NCBI GenBank assembly: GCA_951406725.2
Contig: OX597826.1
Span: 17,856,001 to 17,920,000 of the forward strand
Origin: Octopus vulgaris
Lineage: Eukaryota
DNA: 64,000 bases
Reading direction: 5' to 3'
Shown here: positions 38,103 to 51,454 of the stretch, one piece after another
How the letters are laid out: the number at the start of each line of letters is the position of its first letter
Numbering within the stretch: position 1 is the first letter of the stretch
Translations under genes and position numbers: made by a program
Notes under the pieces: generated by a model
Seen by the model: only the letters and a program-made list of their open reading frames with translations
Told to the model about the DNA's origin: nothing
Database searches by the model: none

Positions 38103-38778
38103 GATGTTTACTGTCTAAGTTGGTTTATGTGTGTGTAAGTGTGTATGTATGTTAGTAACATGTTGTGAAGTCATATCAGTTTGTTAATATACATATATAT
38201 ATATATTCCCTTATATTCTTTTATCTAATTCATGAAAAAATCAATCATAAAAGTAAACATATACACACATAAAGCACACATGTAAACACATGAACATACA
38301 CTCACACATAAGCCAAAATGGGCTGTGGACATCCATATTTTGTAAAACAACGTTTAATCCATTTTTATTTTATTTATGTTTTATTATTAATATAATATTT
38401 CATTATTTTCATTATTTATTATTAATCCTTATTTTTATCCTTTATTTTAATTCTTATATATGCTAATTCATTATTATTATTGTTATTATTATTACTGTAT
38501 TTAAATAAAAGCATTAATGCACACACACACACACACACACACAATAAACACGTTTTCATCTGCATAGTCTGTTAGAGTATTTCAACTGATCAAAATGTAA
38601 ACTCTGTAATGTCCATTTTGCCCTAAAGATCTTCCACCCTGGATACTCAAAATGCAAACTTTTATTTTATATGTTTTGTAATTTAAATTGGGTGTGAAGT
38701 GAAACAATTGTAGGAAATGTTAATTAATAAATTCATTTATATCCATTGAATCTCTTCATTTTCAAACTTATTAATAAT
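37277..38778. repeat. long inverted repeat (about 500-bp arms), foldback-like element
   Basis: 37277 to about 37770 is the imperfect reverse complement of about 38276-38778. The spacer holds three short degenerate direct repeats. Confidence 0.9.
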
Positions 38779-40419
38779 ATTTAATGTTTTATAATATATT
38801 CATAGAAGAAATATTCCTTCAAAATACAATATATTAAACCAGTGTATCTTGGATCTATAAGATCACAAGAGGTTTAAATATCCTCATAGTGAAATATATA
38901 TGTATATATGTATTGTATATATGTATGTATACATGTGTGTGTGTGGGGGGGGGGGTGGAATACATATGCTTATTTGTGAATTTTTTATATCTTAGTCTTG
39001 TCATTCTGAATTGTCCTTCATTCTAGTAAAGTGAAAAGTGTTTGTGGATTCATGATTTATGGCGATTACTTACACTGATATTGTTTGTTCTCCTTCGTAA
39101 ATAATCTTGTCAAGCTTAGATAACACTTTGATATCGGTGTCTAGTTTTGGGAGGCTCTGTGGCATAACAATAACAACAACAACAAAAATAACCATCCACA
39201 AAAAAATAGCCATCCCTATGAGCATGCGTATGTGCATGTGTGTGTGTGTGTGTGTGAGTGTGTGTATGTGTATCTAAATAATTATATATATTCTGTATAA
39301 AGTCATTAGAGGACAGTTGAACAATATATACTCAATACAGAAATATTTCTCATGTATATAAATGCTATCATAGGATAACAGTAGTTACAGATCTGCATAA
39401 ATTTGTAACAGTTGTTATAAATCTAAAACATTATAAAGGTATCTTACAATGTCTACAAAATAATCCTGTAAATATGACCAAACACCAAAACTTAAATCTA
39501 ATCTAACAACGGCAACAACAAAAATAATAATAAAGAAACAGAAAGTACCATTGTTATTTCTTGTCTCAACATCACCAGTGTGCACAGAATACATAGGAAA
39601 ATAAACATTTCACACAACACACACATGCTCTCAGTCTCTCTCTCTCACACACACACACTTGCACACACACACACGCATGAATACACAGACTCTTACTCAC
39701 ACACACAAATACATACACACACATACACGCACACACACTGTTGCAAATAGAGCACAAAATATTTTAAAATCCTGTAGTAACACTAATGCTTTTAAAGACG
39801 TCTTTATGGAATAAACAAGATTTCATCATGAACGCATAATTTGGTAAATTTTCTTACTACCGGAACACAGAATACTTACTATTCTAAATTATATTTCAAT
39901 CAGACCAGACAGATCATTTCACAATGGGAATGTCTAATAAGCAAGCATAAAAACGTGCATTCAATACACAGAAAACACAAAGGACATTTGTAAATTAATA
40001 GGAAATGTCAATAAACTGGAAATGACGGATTTTAAAAGTACATGCTTAAGAACACAGCACATTATCATTCTTTGAGGGTATTCTAGATAGATTGAATACA
40101 TTACCCCCAGTGTTCAACTGGTACTTATTTTATCGACCCTGAAAGGATGGAAGGTAAAGCTAACCTTGACAGCATTTGAACTCAGAACATAAAGAGCTGG
40201 AAGACACACCACTAAGTAGTTTGTCTTATGTGGTAACAATTCTACTGGCTCACCACCCTTAAGGAGCACATTAATATATCAAATATATAAGCACTACCAT
40301 TCTATAAGGCTACAACCACCCAACTACAACACTTTTAGCACTCTCACAAGCCTTCAATGCCCTTAACAGCTCCTGCTTTTCAAATAGTACCGATAACAAA
40401 AGAAGTAGCATAATAACAC

Positions 40420-40698
40420 AACTGGCACTCCATTGGTTACGACAACGAGGGTCCCAGTTAATCTGATCAATGGAACAGCCTGCTCATGAAATTAACATGC
40501 AAGTGGCTATGCACTCCACAGACATGTGTACCCTCAATGTAGTTCTCAAGGAGATTCAGCATGACACAGGTATTTCTCATTTTTGCTGGCTGAGAGGACT
40601 GAAGCAACATGAAATAAAGTGTCTTGCTCAAGGACATAAAACATCACTGGGAATTGAACTCACGGTCTTATGATCATAACCACTGAGCCACACACCAT
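40420..40698 (-). mobile_element. tRNA-derived SINE family 3
   Basis: On the - strand, TGGCTCAGTGG A box, GTTCAATTCCC B box and CCTTGAGCAAGACACTTT core. Confidence 0.6.
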
Positions 40699-42229
40699 CA
40701 CACACAACAACCAGCCTTCCTTTATATCCTAAACAATCATCACAAATATGCACACATCTCTTAACAAGCCAACTACAACAACAATAATTCTGGTTTAAGC
40801 AACCCATGTAAGCCCTCATAATTTTTCTATCTTTTGAAATTTTCAGAAATTTTTTGTGAATTTGTGTTCTACGTCGATATATCAGCAGCTAACACATAAC
40901 TTTGTATTTAAAAAAAATTTTTCAAATTTGCTGTAGACAAAGATAACTACGAAGATTTTATAAGTGTTTCTAGAATATTTATATTAAACCAATAGATAAG
41001 ATTTTCATACGGCATCAACTTAGAACACACAAGTCACAGTCAAGAAAATCCATTCATCAATTTATAAAAGTCTTAAATCTCTCTCTCTTTTTCTCTTTTA
41101 CTTGTTTCAGTCATTTGATTGTGGCCATGCTGGAGCACTGCCTTTAGTCGAAGAAATCGACCCCACAACTTATTCGTTGTAAGCCTAGTACTTATTCTAT
41201 CGGTATCTTTTGCTGAACCACTAAGTTACGGGAACATAAACACACCAGCATCAGTTGTCAAGTGATGTTGGGGGGACAAACACAGACACACAAACATATA
41301 CACACACATACATATATAGATATACATATATATGACGGGCTTCTTTCAGTTTCTGTCTACCAAATCCACTTACAAGACTTTGGTCAGCCCGAGGCTATAG
41401 TAGAAGATGCCACGCAGTGGGACTGAACCCAGAACTATGTGGTTGGTAAGCAAGCTACTTACCACACAGCCACTCTGGATAAAAAAAAAAAGTGCCTTCA
41501 GTATATGAAGCAAATAATCAATAATGGATACTTTTACTTCAAGAATCCTGTCATCAGGTACAAGGCTCCAATGACTTGAAAATAAAACTGGTCAAGGACA
41601 CAGCAATATTACAAGCAAGAATAATGGACTTAACTCAAAAGAACTCAACTACTTAAAACCATGATATTTCAGTAAATGTTATGATTATTACAAAACAGGA
41701 TATCAAACAAGAAATTAATCCACGAGCTGTCTCTCAAAAGCTCATAAGTGTTTTCCATTTTCTGAGGAATAGATTGACATGGTTGCAGAGGATGTACAGC
41801 AAGATGTCATGTCAGAAGATAAAAAAAAACAAAAACAATTTTACTAAGGTGTGCAAATCAAGAAATAAGCTCATCTCTCTTGCATTAACTGTTTCAGCAT
41901 TACTGAGCTGATATCACAAAGTAGAATCATTTAGAGAGTGATTCATTCCAGAAGTTGATATTCCATTAAGCTTTACAGTTACACAAATGACAGTTATATA
42001 TGGTTATGCATAGTCTTTGCTTAGATGTAACACTTTGTCAGAGTTCCATGCCTCATCATTCTTTAACTGGATTTAAATTTAATGGACATTGACAGATTTT
42101 TTTCTTGCTTAAAGAGCCAGTCTGTAACATCACACCATGCTCTAGTTTAATAGAGAATGCCAAACTTATCACTTCCCCAATTCAGATGAAAAGTAGTAGA
42201 AAATATAATCTGAGGCACTTTAACATTAA

Positions 42230-42448
42230 CCCTTAAACATTCAGATTACTGTGTCAAATGTAATTCTTATTTATTTACATCATTTTGAATTAATCTTGCA
42301 TTATCTCATAGCTTTGAGATTTCAATGATGTGGTTGTTTATTTTTAGGATGACATTGTAGGGTAGGTGTGAAAGGTCAGATCTGACTGGTTTGACCATAA
42401 GAAAGGGAAAATATTTGGGCTGGATACAGCCAGCTTAAATGCTAAAGG
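42230..42448. mobile_element. piggyBac-like MITE family A copy
   Basis: TTAA flanks; similar to 346-567. Confidence 0.7.
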
Positions 42449-42475
42449 TTAAAACACACACACACACACACACAA

Positions 42476-42790
42476 TCATCATCATCATCATCATCGTTTA
42501 ACGTCCGTTTTCCATGCTAGCATGGGTTGGACGGTTCAACCAGGGTCTGGGAAGCCAGGAGGCTGCACCAGGCTCCAGTCTGATCTGGCAGTGTTTCTAC
42601 AGCTGGATGGGCTTCCTAACGTCAATCACTCCGTGAGTGTAGTGGGTGCTTTTTACGTGCCAGGCGAGGCTGGCAACGGCCACAATTGGTTGGTGCTTTT
42701 TACGTGCCACCGGCACGGATCGCAACTACAATTTCCATTGATTTTTGATGTTGATGTACTTGACTCAATAGGTCTCCTCAAGCACAGGGT
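42476..42790 (-). mobile_element. RTE 3' UTR fragment
   Basis: Same 3' UTR and (ATG)n tail as the copy at 25049. Confidence 0.8.
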
Positions 42791-44238
42791 CGAAACGGTG
42801 TTTACATATAAATGCATATATATATATGTTTGTAGGTATATATATGCATGCATGTATATATAAAGAGAGGGTTCTATCTGCCCATTCACACTAGCCATAT
42901 CACATAGTAAACACTAGCTGTGGTGCTAAACACAAATTTTCTGGTGCTAATGACGCAACAACCGCATTCCTTACTTTCAATATGGAAGTCGATCACAGTG
43001 TTAATACTAAATGAGGATTAACACTGTGATTGACTTCAATAATCTTTTATTTTCAACATACTATCAGAAAGCAGGCTTCTGCCAGCCTAAATGGTACACT
43101 TACTCAGTGTACTCATTTGTAAATGTATGGGTTTGAATGAAAAAGGAATTCACATATATAAAATGAATACATTTCAATGACAACATAAATGAGTGAAGTA
43201 TTGTTGTGCAAATGAATATATTTGGAAAAGCAGCAGTATAATTTATACCTGTGTGGAAAACATGTTCTCAGCACTAGAAAAATAATGCAAACAAGAAATG
43301 TTGCTGAGAAAAGAAATGAACCTACATAGTGATTAACCTGCTAGAATAGAAATACAGCAGATTGATGTCTTGTTCAACTGAAATGTGTCTTGTACTAAAA
43401 CTAACTAAAATGAGACAATGACCATTTCTTTGCTCTGGCTGGTTCTGTATGAAGAGAGAGAAAAAAAGGAAGTTCTTTTGAAACAGGTTAGCCAAGTATT
43501 TATGGACACAACTTTAGTGGGCCATAAATGGAAAATGACCTAATATAAAGCAACGTGAAATGCAGTAAATCTTAATTTTCACATTTTTCTTCCAGATGTA
43601 TTGGTAAATCACTATGGTAGATTCCAATTTGATATGGGAAATAAAATGGCAGTTGTAGTTGCCAGCCAAAGCAACTGGAAGGTTGCTAGCTTCTTGAATG
43701 TGATTAGGTCCCTTGCGTTCAGAGATGGGAAAGTGCAGAAGGCTTCTTGTCAACCATATTCATCAAAAACCAACATTCTCAGCAATCAGATGTCATAAGA
43801 ACAGTTGAGTTCATTCAGCAGGTTGAGGGTCAGTGACAATGCTAGAAAGTCGATGAGGGCTATCATAGTCCAGTATCAGATATCTGATGCATGAGGACAT
43901 GAGATACAAGTGATAAGGAGAGGGCATCCTGAGTAACTTGACATGCTTCAATTTTGACAAGGAGAATAATCAGAATCAGAAGATGAACAAGAGAAGTGAT
44001 GAGTTGATCTGGACAAGCTCCACAGCTATCATACATGATCCTCTCTGATTTCACAAGAGTCAGCTATACAAAAAAATGTGCTTTCAAAAATTCACAAAGG
44101 CCTTGAATTTAGAAAAATGATCCGTCTATGCTAGTTGACCCATCTGTGCTAATGTGGATGTAAAAGCAGTAAAAAGAAATGCATATAAATTCTTTACTGG
44201 GCTCACTCAGTATGCTTTATAATTTAAACTTCACTGAC

Positions 44239-44382
44239 CTTGAGTAATTGTCCAATTTCCACAGACTTTAGGCTGAGGAGGTAGATGTAACAGACTTATA
44301 GTGAAGATTCCACTAACCACTTGGTAGCTACGCAGGTCAACAACGTCTGGGTCATCATCAAACTCATCAAATTCAGGAGGTG
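44239..44382 (-). CDS. DNAI7: DNAI7 coding exon
   Basis: taactAG|...|GTcagt. Encodes (A)PPEFDEFDDDPDVVDLRSYQVVSGIFTISLLHLPPQPKVCGNWTITQ(V). VDL..Y....G......L.LPPQ.K....W is a CASC1 motif. Confidence 0.9.
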
Positions 44383-45333
44383 CTAGTTAACAAAATAAAT
44401 TTATTTACTAAGTACATGTAAGAGAAACAATGTAGTCTTAATATCAAATTCAGATAGGTAGAGATAGGGGTAGTCAAAGCATACAATTATGCATATAAGG
44501 GGACAATTAAGTAAACTAGCACACATTTATCTTAGAACATAATATGTGTAATGGAGCATGAAGCTCTGCGACCTAGGTTGGTGGGCAGTTTTCATAACTA
44601 TTTTCCCCTCTTTTTTCCCTGTAACATTTTTAGTTTTAGATGTAATATCTCTCAACATTGAAACGATATTTTGTTGATTTCTCTACAAAAACATAATACT
44701 AAAAGTAAGGGAAAAGAAGAATTCCATATTTCAAATTTGCTGTCCTTTCCTGAGATACTGAAAAATAAGTGAAATGAAAAGATTACAAGCAGGAATTGAA
44801 ACTAGATTCTAGCTCAGCCTATCATGATTTTACTCCACTTCTATAGCATATGTTTATAAAAGTACTATCTTTATCACCTTTTGTACAATCTCTTTGAGAA
44901 GATTTTAGTTTAGCATGGCAGGATGATGAAATATCATAAACTTCCTACATTGGAGAACTGCATGTCACTATTTATTAACTATTTCCAGGTAAATGAACTG
45001 AGTCATTAATAGTTATGTTATTGCATAGCACTGGTGGCAAAATATGTGCTGACAACCTCTCAACAATAGACCCAACTGTCTACAATCCTCTTTTGACCAT
45101 TAGACTGTCTTTTGAGGTTCTCTGCTCACCTGAAAATTTATCAGGTATGAATACTTCAAAGAATGCATTTCTGTGTACTGATCTGTAAGTGATGAGTTAT
45201 GAAAACAGTTTCCACGAACCATGAATTTGAAATGTGATCTGTTTGGATAGAGCACCTAAGAAATGAAATTCTTGAACCTATAAGAAAGAACAAATAAGTA
45301 ATGATACTGATGCCACATCTTACTATTGCTTAC

Positions 45334-45460
45334 CTGGAGATTGAGGGAATGGATATTCTGCCACTTCTTCATCTTCAAGTTTCTTCACTTCAACACGCTT
45401 AGGTTCTTCTGGAGCTGGTTCACCAAACAAATTAATGCTTTGTAGAGCAGCACTGATATC
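45334..45460 (-). CDS. DNAI7: DNAI7 coding exon (acidic/Pro-rich linker)
   Basis: cttgtAG|...|GTaagc, phases 0/1. Encodes DISAALQSINLFGEPAPEEPKRVEVKKLEDEEVAEYPFPQSP(A). Confidence 0.8.
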
Positions 45461-45997
45461 CTACAAGACAAACTGTAAACTGTTGGTGATGAACACATCT
45501 GAGAAGATATAATAATCAAGGAATACTTTTTCCAGACTTCAACTTGTTGTTTCTTCAACTCATTATATGGACAATATACACCTATGAGCAGGACCGATTC
45601 CATGAATGCAGGACCTTTTAGGCCACACATTCATGATCCTATTCACTGCACCATTGAAGTTTATTAAAATCTTCTCAATATTTTCAGGATAGATAGAAAC
45701 TCATCATCGTCATCATCATCATTATAATCACCATCATTTAATGTCCTTTTTTCCATGCAGGTGTGGGTTGGATGGTTTGACATGAACAAACAAGCCATAG
45801 GGCTGTACTGAGCCTCAGTGTCTGCTTTGGCATGGTTTCTAAAGCTTTGATGTTCTCCCAAGTACCAACCACTTTGCAGAGTGTACAGGGTACTTGAGGT
45901 CATCAAGTACTCACAAAACAAGGCTCTTGGTATTAAGAGATATGAAAGTATGAGAGAGGTGTTTTGTTGAAGAGATGAATGCATGGCTTCCCTATTT

Positions 45998-45999
<2 letters not shown>

Positions 46000-46069
<70 letters not shown>

Positions 46070-46135
46070 AGAGAGAGAGAGAGAGAGAAAGAGAAAGAGA
46101 GAGAGAGAGAGAGAGAAGAGAAAGAGAGAGAGAGA
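46000..46135. repeat. (GA)n microsatellite
   Basis: Seen directly. Confidence 0.95.
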
Positions 46136-46279
46136 CGTGAGTTCAAGGTACAAGATCAATAAGAGAGAAAACAGGATAGAAGAACAGATGATTAGAGACA
46201 GGGATTGAGTGGGGCATAGTGAATATCAATTTGGGGGAGAGAAAGTGAAGGAAGGAAAATAAGAGTGGGTCAGGGAGGA

Positions 46280-46480
46280 GGAGATAAGGAGAGTAGTAGG
46301 GATACAATGTGAAGTGCAAAGAGGGAGGAGGAAGAGATAAAGGACAATAGGGATACAATGTGAAGTGCAGGGTGGGAGGGGAAATAAGGAAAAGGAGTAG
46401 GAATACAATGGGAAGTGTAGGGGGCGGAAGAGGTGATAAGGGAGAGTAGTAGGGATCCAATGTGAAGTGCAGGGAGATAA
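46280..46480. repeat. purine-rich minisatellite (about 55-bp unit, 4 copies)
   Basis: Recurring AGGGATACAATGTGAAGTGCA core. Confidence 0.75.
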
Positions 46481-46799
46481 ATGGTATCATCTACAGCACC
46501 TTAATGAATCTTCAAATAAAAATTTGTTTTAAAAAATCTAATAAAATGACAATCCCAACAGAAACTATAATCTTTTAAGGATTGGCTGACTCTGTTGAGA
46601 GTAAAGAGTTCTTAGCAGAATGACTTCAATATCGCTAGCAATTTTGTTACATTTTTTGAACTTGACCATTCAGCTGAACACATCAAATAAGCATTCAGGG
46701 ACGGAATTGTTGTACGTAACTGACATTTAAAACATTACCATCAGTTTGATAAGTTAACATACAGCATAACTAAACAAGATACTTAACTATAATTTTAAA

Positions 46800-47600
46800 A
46801 TAGTTACTCCATTCACTTCATTATTAAATGATTAGTGCCTTAAAAGACTTACAACTACAAGTAAAGATGGGATCTGGTGTTCCCAAGGCTCACTGTTTTG
46901 CCTAAACTTTTCTCCAGTACATTAATAAAATGCTGTCATTTACTTCAATTTTAACACCAATCCAAATGATACTATCCTTCACATCTTGACCTTTTGATCA
47001 TAAGTGTCAACCATTTCCAATCTAGATGCCACAAGTCAAACCTGTACAGGCTCCACACTCAAAGACAATATTATTCAATAGCAAAAATGAACAGCAATGG
47101 CACAAAAGAGAAACAATCTTCCACTTAACTCAGTCATACACGACATACAACTGAAATCCTCAGAGTTATTACATATGTGAGAGTTCATAATAATTGAATG
47201 TCTTTCTTGCAAATTTTACTTATATAATATAGCAAAACCCATCCTAAAGACAAGGCTCTCTCTTTGAGAAAATATTACTTCAGCTTCACAGTTACTGATG
47301 CTCTACAAAACTCAAGTGAAAGCCACATTTGGAGTGGCTCTACTGCCACACACAAAAATATCCTGCTTCACATCTTTCAGCAAACGAAAGCCATCCAACT
47401 AATTGATAAACACCAACAGACTCCAGCCTCTGACCAACAGATGTGCTCTCTCCTCATCTATCTCTCAAATGCTGTGTATTCTTGCTGCTGTCCTCAGATG
47501 ACAGCATGCAATGTAGTTGAATACAGAATAGTCAGTAAATATTTACTTTCTTTAGCTTATCAACAACAAAACTCTCTTTTGTGACTGTAAAAGTGAAGGA
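46800..47600 (+). mobile_element. very old LINE RT remnant
   Basis: SGVPQGSL...LF.QYIN motif at about 46873; the rest is highly decayed. Confidence 0.45.
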
Positions 47601-48179
47601 GAGATAGTTTGGTATGGAGATATAGGATAAGTGAAAACCAAACAACTGACACCTCGCAAGGAACTCATCAGAGGAAAAGCAAAGGAGAAATGAGAATATA
47701 CAAACAGATTAGACTAGAGAACATCATCATAATCATCAACATTTAATGTCTGTTTTCCATGCTGGCATGGGTTGGATGGCTTGACAAGAACTGGCAAAGC
47801 CATGGGCTAAACCAGGTTCCATTGTCTGTTTTGGCTTGGTTTTTACAGCTGGATGCTCTTCCTAGCACTAATCACATTACAGAGAATACTGGGTGCTTTT
47901 TTACATGGCACTGGTATGGGCGCTTTTTATGTGGCACCATGGTTTTAGGATATCATAGCGATTAAATAAAATATCTGAAAAGATGGTATGCTAGTGGCAG
48001 TGTAAGGGAAGTATTATTGTGATACTGGTCCTACCCATGCATGCATGGAAGACAGATGTTAAATGATGATGATGAGGAGGAGGAGGATGACAATGATGAT
48101 TCTGGTGATGTTGATGAAAACAATAATGGTGACAGAACTGACTGAACAGTTTTATAAACTTACCCCTGAGATATGCTGT

Positions 48180-48676
48180 GACTGTGAAGACCCGACAAAT
48201 GAAGTGAGTTCATGGCTCGCAGGACGGCCTGCTGTGCTAACCTTGGATCACAGAGTGACCCGCTGTTCTTGAGGAGACCTATTTAGTCAAGTACGTCAAC
48301 ACCAACATCAAAATAAAAATCAAATGGAAATTGTAGTCAAGACGCCTGTGCCAGTGGCACATAAAAAGCTCCGTCCGAATGTGGCAGATGCCAGCGCCCG
48401 CCTGACTGGCATCTGTGTCGGTGACATGTAAAAGCACCAACTGATCATGGCCGTTTGCCAGCCTCCTCTGGCCCCTGTGCTGGTGGCACATAAAAAAAAC
48501 ACCCACTACACTCATGGAATGGTTGGCATTAGGAAGGGCATCCAGCTGTAGAAACACTGCCAAACCAGACTGGAGCCTGGTACAGCCTCCATGGCTTACC
48601 AGACCCCGGTCGAACCGTCTGACCCATGCTAGCATGGAAAACGGACGTTAACCGATGATGATGATTGATGATGATG
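48180..48676 (+). mobile_element. RTE 3' UTR fragment
   Basis: Reverse-orientation copy of the RTE 3' UTR ending in CATGCTAGCATGG...(GAT)n. Confidence 0.8.
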
Positions 48677-49350
48677 TATTTGTTTAAGCATTTGTTAATG
48701 GTTTTCTTTCATTTAATTAGTGAACTCTCTTCATTTCTTTCTGCTCTCAGCTATTCATCCACTCATTCATGGAGATAAACTGCAGTCATTTATTGGTAAA
48801 TTGCCAATGCTGGCAAGTCCTTGGCAATCTGACCAATATAGAAAACTTAGGAGTGACTCAACAGAATTATGTATTCAACATTAGAGCAACAGTCATTCAA
48901 ACTGAAGTCACAACTACTTGCCAATTACATCAAGTATAATTTCACACTAACTGCTATTAAAGGTGATTATTTCTAACCTCAGTAAAATGCATCTTGTGCA
49001 AAGCTAGAACATAATGTCCATGATACAACACAGCTGGTTCTACCAATTGTCTCACTCAAATTATAGTCCCATTCCACTTGCCTTTTTGGCAACTAGCTTT
49101 AATACTTCTGAACTAATAGAAAACATTGTTTATTACATGACAAGGTCAATATTTCTGTAGTAATGATAAAGCCAATTAAAAGTCATTCCTAAAGACACAC
49201 ACACAAAGACACACACACACAAAACAGAAAGTTAATGCTTATGGAATGTGAAGTCAAGATAGAGAGAAATGTAACTGAATGTCCCATGGTTCTTCGTCTA
49301 CTGCTCAACCAATTCTACCAAAATAACTTCAAGAAAGGAGTAAAAATAAC

Positions 49351-49442
49351 CTCAAGGGGATCAGGTGCTGCTTCCTCTTCAGGTGGGGCTTCTGCTACAG
49401 GTTCTTCTTCCGGTTTCTCCTCTTTGGTTTCAACAACAGGTT
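49351..49442 (-). CDS. DNAI7: DNAI7 coding exon (acidic/Pro-rich linker)
   Basis: gttctAG|...|GTtatt (weak donor), phases 1/0. Encodes (E)PVVETKEEKPEEEPVAEAPPEEEAAPDPLE. Confidence 0.75.
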
Positions 49443-49725
49443 CTAGAACAATCAAAGATATTATTTAACAGTTTATGTATTTCCAAGCCCAGTAAGATCT
49501 TTAACTTGTTTCTGTCATTAGACTGCGGCCATGCTGGGGCACTGCCTCGAAGAATGTTTAGTCGAATGAAATCAACCACCCTACTTGTTTCTTTTTTAAA
49601 GCCGGGTACTTAATCTGTTGGCCTCTTTCACCTAACCACGAAACCATGGCAACATAAACACACCACCACCAGTTGTCAAACAGTCGTGGGGGGGGGGGGG
49701 ACAAATACAGACACAAAGACAGACA

Positions 49726-49764
<39 letters not shown>

Positions 49765-50409
49765 ACACACCACAGGCTATCAATACATCTTGGCTTTGTT
49801 CCTTGTATATATATGTGTGTGTGTGTGTGTGTGTATGTATATATATACATATTAGAGGGAAACCACTATGTGGACACCCTTATGCTAGAAATAGATCCGC
49901 TATGGTCTTAGCAGATCTATTTCTAGCATAAGGGTATCCAAATAGTAGTTTTCCTCTAATATGTATATAATACAATTTTACTGAACCTTCAGTTTTTTTT
50001 ATATGCTAGACCACTGGTGTGAAATCGATGTTAATTAAATTAATATCTAATTTCTCACCCTCATTTTAAATATATGTATATATATATATATAAACACTTT
50101 ATTAAAAAGCAGCAAGAAAATCACAAAAGCTGTTACTCAGAGTTTCACATTCCCGTTTGTTGGACAGTTTTGTTTAGAATAGAACAAAATAAGGTTACAT
50201 GCATATATATATATATATATATATGCAGTTGCTTTGATAGATACACATTTGAAAATAGCTTTGTTTCATTGGTCCTTTCAAGTAACGGTCTTTTCAATAA
50301 CTGGTTGCATGAAGTTACAATTGCAGTTTGAAATCATATTATTATAAAAATCGAAGAAAGCTTCAAATCAAAAATAGCTTATGGAGAAGGAAAAAAGACC
50401 TGAATGCCC

Positions 50410-50472
50410 AGATAACCGAAGAGATGGTGGTGTGGATTTCCACCTCGGCATCTGAAACTCAGAGTTTTATCT
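50410..50472 (+). ncRNA. hammerhead-like motif (CCGAAGA core variant)
   Basis: AGAUAA-CCGAAGA-GAUG...CAUC-U-GAAAC-UCAGA-GUU-UUAUCU. 6-bp stem I and stems II and III are present. Confidence 0.6.
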
Positions 50473-51454
50473 TGGCTACCGAATAATTGTCACATATTAT
50501 TTTACAGATAAATTTCCTCTATTTACATAATATTGAGGTCTCTTTCTTTCTTTTGTTATCTTACCGTTTTTACCAATATGTATATATATATATAAATACA
50601 GACATGCATAACAAGCTACCAATACATCTCTTGGTTAGTCCAGGGCTACTATAATAGAAGGCAGTCCTCCAAAGTGATGCACTGTGGTACTGAACCCCAA
50701 ATCTCATGGTTTTGAAGGCAAACCCCTTTACCACTATATCAGATAATAAAATCAGTTGTATGATACTCCATTAGTAAAACTGCTTCATCCCCAGTGAATC
50801 ATAAGGCAGCAATTATCTGCCTGCATCAGGTTTGCATTTGTTGCAGGACTTGCCTTGAATGCTTTCTGGATACATCACACCTAGCAAGGCGGTGAGCTGG
50901 CAGAATCATTAGGACCCCTGGCAAAATGCTTAGTGGCATTTCATCCATCTTTACAGTCTGAGTTCAAATAGTGTTGAGGTTGACTTTGCCTCTTATCCTT
51001 TCAGGATCAATAAAATACAAGTACCAGCTGAGCATTGGGATCAGTCTAATTGACATAACACCTTCCCCCAAATTTCTGGCTTTGAATCAAAATTTGAAAC
51101 CAGTGATGGCAATTTTCTCATACACAATCTGAAACATTGGCAATGTTTGATTTTTTTGATCCTTGCACTTCATAGTTATGGTTGCATAAACTTTGTGATA
51201 CATACACTCACATACACATACCAAAATATACACACTGACTTAATATATTTGTTTGTAAATATGTATAAATGTGTGTTTATCAATATTCATACAAATTCCA
51301 TTTTTTAACTCCCTCTACCTGTTATTTCTATGAGGATGGAGTCTATGTGTATATGATATGTATGTATATTATGTGTGAGCGTGTGTGTGTGTGGGGGGGG
51401 GGGGTGCATGCATGTGTGCATGCATATATGCATTTATATACTACACATAGAGAT

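Noticed and set aside
43550-44060. higher-complexity segment, possibly a decayed LINE endonuclease
   Set aside because: The motifs are too degenerate to call without a profile search.
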